A DNA stretch of 64,000 nt from Psilocybe cubensis (taxonomy: Eukaryota), in NCBI GenBank assembly GCA_017499595.2, contig CM039002.1, positions 1-64,000 of the forward strand. The letters run 5' to 3'. Shown here piece by piece: positions 21,700 to 34,400 of the stretch (position 1 is its first letter; each line of letters opens with the position of its first letter). Under the pieces are notes generated by a model. The model saw nothing but the letters and a program-made list of their open reading frames with translations, made no database searches and had not been told where the DNA came from. Position numbers and translations under genes: made by a program.

Positions 21700-22960
21700 T
21701 AAGCGCTGGAAAAATAATGCAAGGAAGATGATGTGTCACCACGCAACTTACCGCTCTCACAATGAAATGGCCGAAGTGGATATCGAAGAGGCACAGCTTC
21801 ATAAATAGTCTATTTTGTTGCCCCTTCAGCAAAACGAACCTCCGGGTTCCTGGAGTTCTGTGCCAGTATTTCGACGGCTTTGGTTGGCTTTCGAGATTAC
21901 TGGTGTGGCGGTTCTACCACAATTATGTATTGTGGATCGAGAGATCGGATGTAGCAATAGACAGATAATGGATGATCGTCGAACGATATCAGTGATGAGA
22001 TCGATGGAGGGGTTGAGGGAGGGGTGCATGAGGCGTGAGACACAAAGTCGGGAGTATAGTGTCTACGGCCATGCCACAGTGGCATGAGTGTAGGAGTCCC
22101 CATGTCGGGAGTGATAATGCGAAACATTGACAGTTAGGTATAAACATCGATGAGGTGCTCGAGTATATATATTTTATAAAACAAAGGTTTCTTTGTGTAC
22201 AACTCAAGAAAGCAAAGTTATTCTACAGAGAACGTATCAAACCTCGCGCTTGTTTCTTTTTCGTATGGTCCCATCCTATTCAACATTGTGTTCCTTGACT
22301 CAGATATATTGTGCAGCAGAAGATTAGTGTGCCTGTCCACGGTAGGGGGGAGATGAACACATCAAGCCCAAGTCCACATATCGCATACATAGCGGCTACG
22401 ACGAGATAAAGCCGAGCTTAACAAGTCATATGTCTACGCCGCACATACAATAGATGGTTGTTACAATATGGAGTTCTATTCCCCACATGCTGGGCGCCTT
22501 TTCCAGTTCGTGTTTGTCTTTGTGTTTACAATCTTCTTTTGTTTTTGTTTAGCGGCCCTGTACGGTAAATAGGTCAAAAATAAAAACAAAGACGGACAGG
22601 TCAAAAAAGCGGATTGCGCAATATTGACACAATGTGTACCGCGCAGCGGACAATGCATACCAGACGGTGAGAGGTCGCAGAAGACGAGGTTGAGGACGTG
22701 GTGAGAAGCGTTATGTTGAGCGGTAGCTTGGGGGATTATGTGAACGGCCAGTATAGCCTTGAAAACTATAAGCAGAAAGTATGGGTGAGATAAGCGATAG
22801 AGGTGTGCTATAATGTGGGAAGCATGAACCATGGACAAAATGAGGTAGAGACACAACACAATACCCGACAGAGAGTGCTGAAAACAGCTTCGCATCGACT
22901 TCGCGAAGCAGCACGGTGGTCTCCGCATGTCTGACAACTCTACCATCCTTCCCTGCCTCG
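21700..22960. repeat. Subtelomeric repeat, inverted paralog of ~61370-63130; partial relative at ~17230-17700
   Basis: Shared translated stretches (DDHPLSVYCYIRSLDPQY; QNEPPGSW) in opposite orientation. Confidence 0.75.
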
Positions 22961-23819
22961 TGCGGAGATCACTCACAAGTTTTCTAATATCCTTATGAAC
23001 AAGAGGTACGGATTGTAAACGAGGTTGCGAGAGGAGGAGGAAGGGCTAGGGTAGAGGAGTCGGGCGGGAGATTGTGCGAACCTTGATAACTACAATGTGT
23101 AAGAAAGCTGTCTGTTTGCGCCACAGGGTTTGAGGGATGCGTGGGTTGAACTGTCAAAGGTCCCATTTAGGTTGGAAAGATTGCAGGGCCGAAAAAAACT
23201 TGTAAGTCATATAGTATTGTCGAATCTTCATAGCGTTTGAGTAGAGCTTCAAGCATGGTTACAGGATCTGTTGATTCATTACAATGATTTTTGGCTTTGA
23301 GTGGGGAACTGCGTGTAATCACGATAGCTACAAGAAAGGGACGGAACGTACAGCTTTCAGGTGATCGGTACGGTGGGAAAAACTACTGTGTGTGTGGTTC
23401 ATCCGTTATAATCTACCCGGTGTAGTACACATCGCGGCCACCGCGTGCTTAATACGTGATGCCTGCGCAACCTATCCGGGAGGTAGAAAATGCTGTTCAA
23501 CCAAGGGATAATCGCAGAACACAGTTAATTTCTTTACCTTGAGGTCATTGCTCTGCATCCTCACTCTTGTCCCATCCAATGAAATGAGAGAAAAGACTAG
23601 GAGGCGTGGTGATCAAACATCAAAAGTTACCGCTAGCACAGTTTCCCACAGGAAAAAGCCAGCGCCGCTGAGGAATGATTCGCATAAGGCGTGTTCAACG
23701 GTTTTTTTCTCATGTTATAAAGATCAAACCATCCATTGTTCACCTCGAAAATTCCCACTACGATCCGCTCCCAAATTTTGCGCATAAAACTTTTATTTCT
23801 CTTCAAGTTGAAGCCCTCG

Positions 23820-25145
23820 ATGTCGATAAACGCCGCTAGTTCTTCAAATGTCACCATTGGTCAGAATGAATGGGATGCAACGGGTACCATAGGTGAGATC
23901 GCGATTTTTTGCTGTATGAACACTGTTCTAAAATGTGGCATGATTATTGTGATAGTCAACCGCTACTCTCTGAACGGAGTAGAGGGTGACTTAGAAGATA
24001 TCCTGCCAGCGATAATCCCTGATATATTTGAAAATCAGGGCATTATTGCTAGGAAACACTTTTCAAATGTCGCAGAGCATGGTTTTCAGCCTCTGGAGGG
24101 CACATATGATCAACTTGTAGATGTACCAGACTCCAACTATTCTGCCTTCGAAGAGGTTCACCAGATTCCATCACCCATCATCCCGCAATCCCCATACACA
24201 GCGGCACAGGAGACAGTGTTGCCCAAGTCATATCCGTCGCTGTATTGGGATATGTGGAGAAAAGTATGGGATAGTCACGTCGAATCGTGGATTAACAGTT
24301 TGGAAGACCCCACGGCGGCGACATGTGGAGCCGCATCGGATGCGTTGCCCATTTCTAGGCCAACGGAAAGCAACATCATTACCTTTGACAGTACACACGA
24401 GCCCGCATCCACCTCGCACGTTGCACCAGCATGTACATCCCGGGTAGACGTGCCTGTTGGCCCGTCAAGACAGGAAACGGGCCTTCCTCATAGCAGAAAC
24501 ACCCCATACAGGGACATCCGGACCCAGCACAACACAGTGCCACACCACAGCAATGAGCATCTGGTATTCATGCAAGGTGCGTACAGTGTTTATTGCAATG
24601 CCACCTTGCTGAATCCACCATTTGGAGAGACAGAACATCAAAATACTTTATCTGAGAACGAAGGACACGAAGAGCTAAACGGCTCTGGGTTCCCACCTGT
24701 TGAGCCAACATCCACGAGGAGTGCCGGATCACTAGATGATACTCAAAGGTATATTTTGATTCTCCGTCTCTCGCAATATATGGGACTGATGCAAAGGTTG
24801 CAGATCCGAGCCTCGAAACACACAAGGAAACGGACGGTGCGTTTGTTTCGAAAAGTCACATACCGAGTGTTTGGATTTGACATTTTTGGACATTATGTCA
24901 GCTCGAAACGGAAAGGAGCGCCCAGCCCGTACAACAGGGTTGCAAATGAAGGAGAAAAACCGGCGGAACGCGTAGTCCGCATAGACAAGTATGGCAATGA
25001 GGTGTATCAAGGAATGAGGCCCGACAAAGGCCCGCCGAAGAAAAAGAAAAGTAAGCACTCCAATTGTGAATATGCAGACAGTCAGCTGATTCTCGCACCT
25101 TCTTTCTCCCATAAACCTTCGATACCTGTAGTTTGTAGGCGGTAG
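23820..25145 (+). CDS. Orphan multi-exon subtelomeric family protein
   Basis: Long open region with PVGPSRQ, GFPPVEPTS, VRIDKYGNEVYQGMRPD and a basic KKKK tail; several GT-AG introns read through in the ORF track; boundaries approximate. Confidence 0.6.
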   Translation: MSINAASSSNVTIGQNEWDATGTIGEIAIFCCMNTVLKCGMIIVIVNRYSLNGVEGDLEDILPAIIPDIFENQGIIARKHFSNVAEHGFQPLEGTYDQLVDVPDSNYSAFEEVHQIPSPIIPQSPYTAAQETVLPKSYPSLYWDMWRKVWDSHVESWINSLEDPTAATCGAASDALPISRPTESNIITFDSTHEPASTSHVAPACTSRVDVPVGPSRQETGLPHSRNTPYRDIRTQHNTVPHHSNEHLVFMQGAYSVYCNATLLNPPFGETEHQNTLSENEGHEELNGSGFPPVEPTSTRSAGSLDDTQRYILILRLSQYMGLMQRLQIRASKHTRKRTVRLFRKVTYRVFGFDIFGHYVSSKRKGAPSPYNRVANEGEKPAERVVRIDKYGNEVYQGMRPDKGPPKKKKSKHSNCEYADSQLILAPSFSHKPSIPVVCRR

Positions 25146-27061
25146 TACAAAGCGGTTGCGCAGCTGGGGACCAACGTCGGATGGAAGTAGTCAAATATTT
25201 TATTTATCTTATCACTGCATCTTATCAATTTGCATGAGTTTGGTCGCGGCGCAATCGGCAACTCATCGCAACATCTTTCCAGTTTGTATCAGCTTGTTCA
25301 CGGCATTATCGGCAAGCTTTATTGAGTGTGAGAAAAAAGTAATACCCACATTCGCCCACTCTGCCTCAGTGTATCTTTTAAGACTCAACATCGAAACCTC
25401 GACTTCATATCCTGCTCTAAGTTCCCTGTCTTCTTCATGTGGTGCAATCTCACTTATGATTACCTGGTGTATGTTGCCCGAAACGGCGCATTTTGGGATA
25501 GAACCCTCCACATTATCGTGGTTTGGACGTCGGAAACAGGATAAATGGCAAAGAGGGCCATATCGCAAATCAGAGTCTCACGAAAATCGATCATGAGCGC
25601 ATCCAATCGTTGTCCTGAAAGATGGCGTGGCCTCGGATGCAGCTTGGGTTGCTGCAAATTTGGGTGTTGATGAATATGTGGTGGGCCTGTAGAGATGCAG
25701 AGCGAGAGGGCGGGTGGAGAAAAAGAATTTCAGTGTGATGGTGTGCGAAAACCAAATGAGTCTCTTTCTATGATTCATATCCCTCGTCTTACTTGTACAC
25801 AGTATATACCTTTCCAAATTTTTCCATACTCCCCTTACGCCGCTGAAATGTTATATCACTTAATCTCGTCCAGCCAACATTGAACACCTTAGGCCACATA
25901 TCATGTACAGTGTCTTTTTGAGACAGTCTATTTGTTTTTGAACCTTCGTATGACTCATTCTTGATATCTTATCTTATCCCGATGCCATCCTGTCTCTTCT
26001 GCTTGACGCTGACTGTCAACGTTCGCTGCACGGAACCTTCACAACATCATAGTATAACGCAGTGATAGCAGTCTAAATGCACGTTTCCCATTCCGTCTTG
26101 TCACGCTATTACCTCTCCCCTGCTCCCTTTCGTGTCTATATACTCTTGGACATAGGGCTTTACTGTTACACACTCGTGTGTCTCTGAAGCATCGTCTGAT
26201 TCCGGCTGACTCTCCACCCTTCCTCTCAGTGTACTGTGCTTCGTGGTGAGCAGTATATCACCTATATTATCAATTTACCAGTATATCCTTCCTTCTTTAT
26301 GGTTTCACAGAACAACCATAAACGATTTCGTTTAGTCCGTCCGACTCCTCTTGGAGCCACAGGGTTCGTGGGATAAGCAGCCAGGACTGTTCAGGGCTAT
26401 GTTACCACTTTATCTGCACGACAACACCACCGTGTTGGAAAGAATGAGGGACCTACACAATGTAAGTCATAAGTTTTTTTTCGAATCACACGGTTATAGT
26501 ATCTCTTGATTCATTAAGAGGATGTTTTGGTTTTGGATGTGACACGAAAAAGTGGGAGACTATATGTGTGAACAAAGTGGCGGAGCGTACAGCTTTCAGG
26601 TTATCGATTCAGTGGGAAAAAAATGCTGTATATGTATTGTGTGTTGTCAATCCGCTATGATCTACCCGGTGTAGTACACATCGCGGGTGCCGCGTGCTCA
26701 ATACTCGATGACTGCGCAACTTAGCTGAGAGGTAAATAACGATGTTCAAACCAGTGATGATCGCAGCCTTTAATAAATGTCTATACCTTGAGGTCATTGT
26801 TGGGTATGCTCACTGTCGTCCCATCCGATTCAATGAGAGAGATAGTAGCTAAGAAGCCTAATGAAAAGATTCCGACGGTACTGTTTCCCACAGCGAAAAA
26901 TCAGCACTGAGGGATGACTCGAAGAAGGCGTGTTCAGGGTTTTTTCTCATGTTATAAAGATTTGACAGTCCATTGTTCACCTCGAAAGTTCCCACTTCGA
27001 TCCGCTTCCGCTGAATTTTATCTCTGAACCATCGGTTCTCCTCTTCGACTTCAAACCCACA

Positions 27062-28370
27062 ATGTCCTATAACACCTCTACTTCTTCAAATATCATGCTT
27101 GCTCAGAACGGTGCTGATAATACTGAGGCCGGTGAGATCGTGACTTTTGTTGTATGCACATTACTCTAATGCACATCATTAATCTGACAGTAAACCATTA
27201 CCCTCTGAGCGGAGTAGATGGTACTTCAGCAGATATCCGACAACCATTAATCCCCGATATGTTTGAATATTGGGGGATTACTCCAAGAAATCACATTTCA
27301 AACGTTGTAGATAAACGTTTGCAGGACGGGAACGCAGTGTCCCCAAGACTGGGGGTTACACATGGTCCACTCGTACGTGTCCTAACCCCCACTTCAATGT
27401 GGTATATCAACTTAACCACCTCTCATCCATAGAACCATGAATCAGCCGCACAAGGGACTGCACATCCCGTCTCAGATCTATCGTTGGATTGGACGAAGCT
27501 CGGGGACATCGACTTTTCATTGATGAATGAGTACTTGAACGATCCCGCAGCGATGACATGGACTACTCCTCTTTATCACCCGCCCATTTTCACGCAGATG
27601 GGAAACACTGAGGGTGAGCTCTCCGAAACTTTGGAGAGCTCTTCCTTAGCCCGTCAGGAGTCTTCTAACGACTCCAACATCGGGCGCACGATGAGTCACG
27701 CCCCGATCAATAATTTTGAGAGGATATACGCGCCCGACATGGGTGCAATTTCTGCACCAATATTCCCCTCCCAGCGGAATATGTCTGTTGGCCCATCAAG
27801 GCAGCAAACAAGCCGGTATCATCACAGGTACTCCCCACACACGGTCTGCAATATAACTATGCCAAATCCTCTATCTGGAGAGATAGAAAATCAAAATCCT
27901 AGGTTCAAGAAGAATGGACACGACGAGCTCAATGGCTCCGGGTTCACGCCCGTTGAGCCAACATCCACAAGGAATGCTGGATCATCAGGCAATTCTCGAA
28001 GGTATATTCTAATTTCCCATCTCTCGAAATTTGCAGGACTGACACAAACGGTTGCAGATCTGAGCATCAAAGCAAGCCAGAAAGTGGAAGGTGCGCATAT
28101 TCAAAGAATCACATACCAACTGTGTTAATCTGACAATCTTCTACATAATTTCAGCTTGATACGGAAAAGAGCGCCCCGATCATCCAGCGGGGGCGCTAGT
28201 CAAGGAGGGAAACGGGCGGAACGCATAGTGCGTATAGACAAGTATGGAAATGTGGTGTATAAAGGAATGAGGCCCGACGTACGCACACCGAGGGAAATAG
28301 AGCAGTAAGCACTCCAATCACAGATCTACAAACAACAAACTGACGCACCTGTAATTTGTAGGGAGGTTGG
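27062..28370 (+). CDS. Orphan subtelomeric family copy
   Basis: ORF 27484-28128 (SVGPSRQ, GFTPVEPTS) and a downstream VRIDKYGNVVYKGMRPD exon; same upstream module; boundaries approximate. Confidence 0.5.
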
Positions 28371-29944
28371 GGAGCGGAGGACTGACGTTGGGTAGAAAAT
28401 CAGACAAAATATTTATCTTATCGCTACATCTGTTCAGTTTGTATCGATTTGGTCACGGCATGATCGGCAAGGTTCGCCGAGTTTCGAAAATATGTTGGTT
28501 TAATGAGAAACAGTCTGAAAACACCTTGAAAAATCATCTGAGGGAATATTTGTCGCCTGATAGAATAGATAGGTTCTCGAGGTAAATAGAAATCGAAATA
28601 TTATACAGGGCGTGCAAGATCCAGGAATATATCTCACCATTCAATGTATTATCATGCTTAACAAGAGTGGGTCAGATCAAACTAACATCATTGGTGAGGC
28701 CGTGAATTGTTGCTCCACCCACAATATGTCGACGAAAATATTTGATATATCAGTCAGGATTGACCGGTGACCGCTTAAGACGTATGCAAGATCTTTTTAC
28801 TGACACCTGGCCACTGGTACCCCATGACATTCAACGATTTTGAGATACCGGTACGTATCGCTATTGAAATGTGTCTTGTTGATAATACCTCCGATAAAAG
28901 GAATACACACAGACTTTAATAGGAATAATTTGGTGTATTCTAGGTGTGTTATTTGATACCCGCATATGCACTCGTCTAATAACTTAGTCAGTCGAGCATG
29001 GTGCACTGTCCACTTCTTGGTTCATGACTCCAGACTTGGTTCTCAGACTTAGAGAATCAGACACACACCGGAAACAGTTATATGTACGTCTGCTTTGATT
29101 TATGACGCGTTATCAACCTCACCATCTTCCAAGAATTTCATATGCGTGGTGGAGATCAATGTCAACGTTCAACGTTTGCTGATGATTCTTGTTCCAATAC
29201 ATACAAGGCGGAAAGGATATCTAACATCGCATTGGTTGAGGGATTGTATCCTAAGAAAAGCAGCGATCGAAACCACGCATTCGCTCAAGCACTGATTAGC
29301 ATATCAAAGAAGACACAACCTCGTTCGATGCTCATAGATCTCCCCCACGTCTCTCATCTTGAGCTCTGTCCTACTTGCCCCAGCCGCTCTTACCAAGATC
29401 ACCCCTACCTTCTCAAAGCGACTATCACCTGCTTCCCGCGGATCTAGCCTTCCAGCAATTAATCGTGTGGATGCCTCACGCAATTCCAACATTGGACAAC
29501 CTCAACATGATCAGGGTCCAGTGACACACTGTCTATGGCATAAAATGAACGAAAATCATCGGCCAATACCTCCTTCCCGCCTTTGTAAAACTTGCCTATC
29601 TGAACTCATGGTTCATGAAGCTCTCGAACCAAAAAGGGGTTCAACCTTATCCTCAGCGGCCTCGTCCAAAGTTTGAGACGTTCTGGCCTCCTCTCCTCTG
29701 CTAACAATCAACTTTATTTTGGGCGTCTCCTGTCTGACTACGACGCATCGTCTGATTTGGGTGTGTGAATCCCGCGTTATTGTGCTCGTGTATTATAATA
29801 ATTGCCTGTGCTATTATTCAGGGTATGTGTTGACGCCGCAGTCTAAGAGTCAACGGAATCGCGGTGGTGGACTGTAGAGGGCTGCGATTCTGCCGTTACT
29901 GCGAAACAGTAACAGTACAAGCGGAAAGATTGTACCTACGCTGC

Positions 29945-30295
29945 TCCTATCAGCCGTTCGCGGTTCCTGGTAGGACGAGTGATGATATTATTGTCCCACA
30001 TGATTCATTCCGGACGCAAAATGCAGCTATGTATATGGAATGTGATATGATTGAAGTACAGGGGTGCATTGTTGATTGAGGGGTAGTTACAGCTTGCATC
30101 GTGGATGACTTGACCTTCGAGTATACGAATCAAGCGTCAATTCAGAGAGAAGTCGAAAGTCTAGTATCAAAGATTCTAATACTTGATACCTACCCTATTC
30201 GCGAAAGCATGGTTGATACGAGTCGTATACTCGTGTATGTCAAATGCGGGGTAGAACGGAGAACGGAGAGCGGAGGCAAAGATGTAAATGACGTA
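29945..30295 (+). repeat. Left arm of an imperfect ~330-bp inverted repeat flanking PSD2
   Basis: Reverse complement aligns with ~38600-38905. Confidence 0.75.
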
Positions 30296-31495
30296 GATGT
30301 CAGCCCCCTGAGCGTCAGCCTCTCAGCGATCGGTGAATCGCGGGCATTTTTGTATTTTTGCGTTTTGCATTTCTGCTGGCTGTCTATCTATCATTGACAC
30401 TGACAGTGCTTGTCAGTGTGAAAAGTTTACTACAACGCGACAGCGACAACGAGAACGAGGGCGGAGAAGAGAAGGAACGCACGTTTTTGGTGGTACGGAT
30501 ATAGCGAGTTGCGATCTGATTTCCGATACTCGAGTCTCGAGTCTCGACGTCGCTTGTTAACCGCTACGAACCAACTCCTCGGGAAAGACAAGCGCGCGCG
30601 CTGCGAAACGGACGCGCGCTGAACGCTGAGCGGTGATTCGGTAAATTGGTATCACATTCACAATCAGCTGGTTATCGGTAGTCACCACAACCGGTCCTGC
30701 TTCTTTTTCAGTCGCTTGCTGCTTCTTTTCTTCTGTTTTGTTCTTGTTCTTTGCTTAGCACCCTTTCGTTTTTCGTTTTTCGTTCACCGTTTGTGTTTGT
30801 TCGTCTGTTTGATTGCGCCATAGACGGCTTTGTCACTGTTTGTCACTGCCACTGCAACAGCGACAACGACGGCATCGTCACCAACACCACCAACACCAAC
30901 AACACAACACACCACAACCACACGACATACGACATACGGTATAGAAGTAACCACCACACCGCAGAGCACCACATTTCATCGTTAGTCTCGGCATCGTCAC
31001 CGTCACCGTCACCCTCCGGCCTCGTCCGTTGGCGATTCCATTCCATTCCATTCGATCGCCGCAGCCACCATCACCTATTAACACCACCACCTCGACGCCA
31101 GCGCATTGTCTTCCACTGCATCGAACTGCGACCAGTGAACCTCGCATCGACCTCGTTTCTTCTACGTACTCCTATCTCTTTTTTCGATTTTCGATTTTTG
31201 ATTTTTGATTTGGGTTTTTCGCTTTTTGGAGGGTTGGGTTTTGAAGGTCTTGGTCTTGGTTTTAGTCTTGGAAGGGAATAAGGGACGTTTGACGTACCGT
31301 TCACCTGCATTCGAACCCACTACCACCGTCAACGTCTTCGACTCCGACAGCGCCATCGACAACATCGCCACACTTACACTCACTCATATCTGCCACATCG
31401 CGTCGTAGCTCGCCAACACCCTTTTCCACATCCACATCCACATCCACGTCATCGTCATCATCAACAACAACAAGCACAACCTCTGCACACACAAC

Positions 31496-34400
31496 ATGTC
31501 CAACACACCACCTACCCCCAACCAACCGCAACCGCAACACCACACACAACACCACACGCAACACCGCTCCCCCCGCCCACCACTGCACCACGCAGACACA
31601 TCCGGCTCAACCATATCCACCACATCCACCGCCTCAGCGTCCTCCACGACGACGTCGACAGATACAGATGGTGATGGGGATGGGGATGCGGACGGGTCGG
31701 GGGTTACACCGCCTATGACGAGTACGCCTACGCCTGGGTATCTTGGTACCACCACCTCTACCTCCCCAAACACCCACACCACCGCAGCCGTAACCGCACC
31801 CTCGAGCCCCAACACCACCGCCCCGAGCACACAAACGACCCCCAAAAAAACCAAAATCAAACGCGCGCTCCAATCCGCCGCGCGCCTCCCGCGCGTCCCG
31901 TCAGGTGGACTCAAGCTGCGCGGGATGGGTATGAAGTCTGGGTTGGGTCTTGGCAAGGCGGCTGTTGGGTTGGGCGGGTTGGGTTTGGTGGGGAGGAAAG
32001 GGAGTGGGGTTGATAACAGCGGCGGAGGAGTAGGAAGCAGAGGGAGGAGGAGAGGGGGGAGGGAGGAGAGCGCGGGGCTTGCGCCGCGCGAGGGTGAGCT
32101 TCCGATTGTGCTCCTCCGTGTTAGAGTCGTTGCATGCGACAATTTGTTGGGCAAGGATCGGGGCGGGACGAGCAGCGATCCGTGAGTTTTTATGTTTCTT
32201 TTAGTTTTATAGTCTTTCTTTTTATCCTCAACCCCCTCTCACATCCAACGTCGTACGTAAACTAACATATCCCCCGCTTTTCGGTATACCAGCTTCGTCC
32301 TCCTCTCCCTGCCCACCTCTCAACCCTCGCCCTCGCCCTCCAAACCCTCCAAATCCAAATCCATCAACAAACACGTAACACCCACAATCAAACGCACAAC
32401 CTCGCCCACCTTCCCCGCCTCCCAATCCACCTTCGACCTGCCTCTATACATGAGCGTCGTGGAGCGCGTGGGCGTGGGGAGTGTGGAGGCTGTGGTGTGG
32501 GATAAGGATTTGGTGGGGAAGGAGTATTTGGGGGAGGTGGCTGTTGGTGTTGGGGAGTGGTTTTGTGTTGGTGTTGCGCAGGGACAAGGGGAGGGGGAGA
32601 GGGCGTTTGGGTTTGATGAGGAGGGGAACGTCGTACGTCCCTTCTTTTCACCATTTCTGAACCGCTTTGATTTATTTTTAAATGATTTTTGCGGGGGAAT
32701 GTAGCCATTCACGATCCCGCTTGTCTCGACGCGCGCGTCGACGCCGTCGCAGGGGACTATCACGCTTAAAATTGGATTCGTACGCGCTCCTGCCTCTTCC
32801 TCTGCTGAGGGCGCGGGTACAGGTATAGGGGGAGGAGGAGGAGGAGGGGAGGCGAACCAGATGTCGTTTGAGGAGATCTACGATGTGTTGGTGAGGAGGA
32901 GCCGGGTGTCGTTGGTTAGTGCGCCGCCTGTGAGTGTCGTCTCTCTCTGTTTCTCTCTCTCAGTCTCTTCGTTGTCTTGTTTTCTTTTTCGGTTTCACTC
33001 GTACTAATTCTATCTATTTAACAGACACATGGTGTTGGAACGATTCGATCGCATCATACAGCCGCATCGCACTCGCACTCTATCTCGCACTCTCCCTCGT
33101 ACTCGCACTCGTACTCGCACAATGACACCCCACACACGGGCGGTGCTCTCACCACCACCACCACCAGCGCCAGCGCCGCCGACGGCACACTGCCCGCACC
33201 ACCACTTTTACCACCGCAGCTCGCGTACGAAGATGACGGCGGTCTTTCGTCGGATGCTGGAGATGATCGGGATGAATCGGAGGGTGAGGGTGAGGAAGAC
33301 GAGTCGGAGGATGCTGAAGAAGAAGAAGATGATGATGAGGAGGAGGAGGACGGAGAAGAAGATGATGAGGAGGAGGGAGAGGAGGTGTTTGTTGATGCTG
33401 AGGAGGGGGTTGGTGGGGCGAGTGCGAGCGCGAGTGCGAGTGCTAGTGCGAGTGCTAGTCCAAGTCCGAGTCCGAGTCCAAGTCCTAGTCCGGGTATGAG
33501 TCCTGGGGCGAGTCCTGGAGCGAGTCCACGGATTGGTGGTGGACAAGCGCAAGGACAAAGTGGGAAGACGCTTCTCGATCTCTACATCCCTCCCTCTCCC
33601 TCTCCATCACCATCGCCCTCGGCCACCAGCACACCGGCCAAAGATGCAATCCAACCCCAAGGCACAAGCAAAGGAAAGGGGATAGGCCTAGGCCTAGGAA
33701 AAGGAAAAGGAAATGAAAAAGGGAAAGATAACGGCAATGAAAAAGGGAAAGATAAAGGAAAAGGCAAAGAGAAAGGCAAAGCGAAACCGCCCTTCCCCTT
33801 CCCGCTTCCCGAGCTCAACGTCCTGCCCTCGTCGCCTGCTACGCCGACGCCGGGGGAGAGCGTGCCGACGGCTGTACCGCGGTTCCTGCGCGCTGGTGCT
33901 GGTGCTGGGTCTGGTATTGGTATTGGTATTGGTGGGGAGGGAGAAGATGTGGATGTAGAGGAGACGCCAAAAGCGTCTGGGGGGTTCAACCAGCCTTTAC
34001 CCCCGCGTCCTGCTATGCCTACGAAGGATACCGGAGGAGGTGGAGGTGGGGGTGGGGGGTCGCGGTTTAACCCGAAGAAGTTGGTGAGGAAGTTGCCTGG
34101 TCTAGGAGGGGGAGGGGGAGGAGCGGGGGCGCCGCCTGCGTCGCCTGCTGTAGATGCGCAGGGGAATCTTGTTCCACCTAGGGCTGGGGCTGGGGCGAGG
34201 AGGAGGGGGAGTTATAAAGGGGTTGGTGCGGACGATGAGAAGGATAAGGAGGTGAAGGAAAAGGAGAAGGAAGGGAAGGAGAAGGAGGAGAGGAGGAGTA
34301 AATTTGGAAGGGGGTGGCGCGAGGGGTCGTCGAATTCCACTTCCACTTCCACTTCCACTTCCACATCAGCCTCAGCGTCGGCATCCGCAAGCGGGAGTGG

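Noticed and set aside
17900-21700. Numerous 60-175 aa ORFs
   Set aside because: No recognisable domains or consistent exon structure, so left unannotated.
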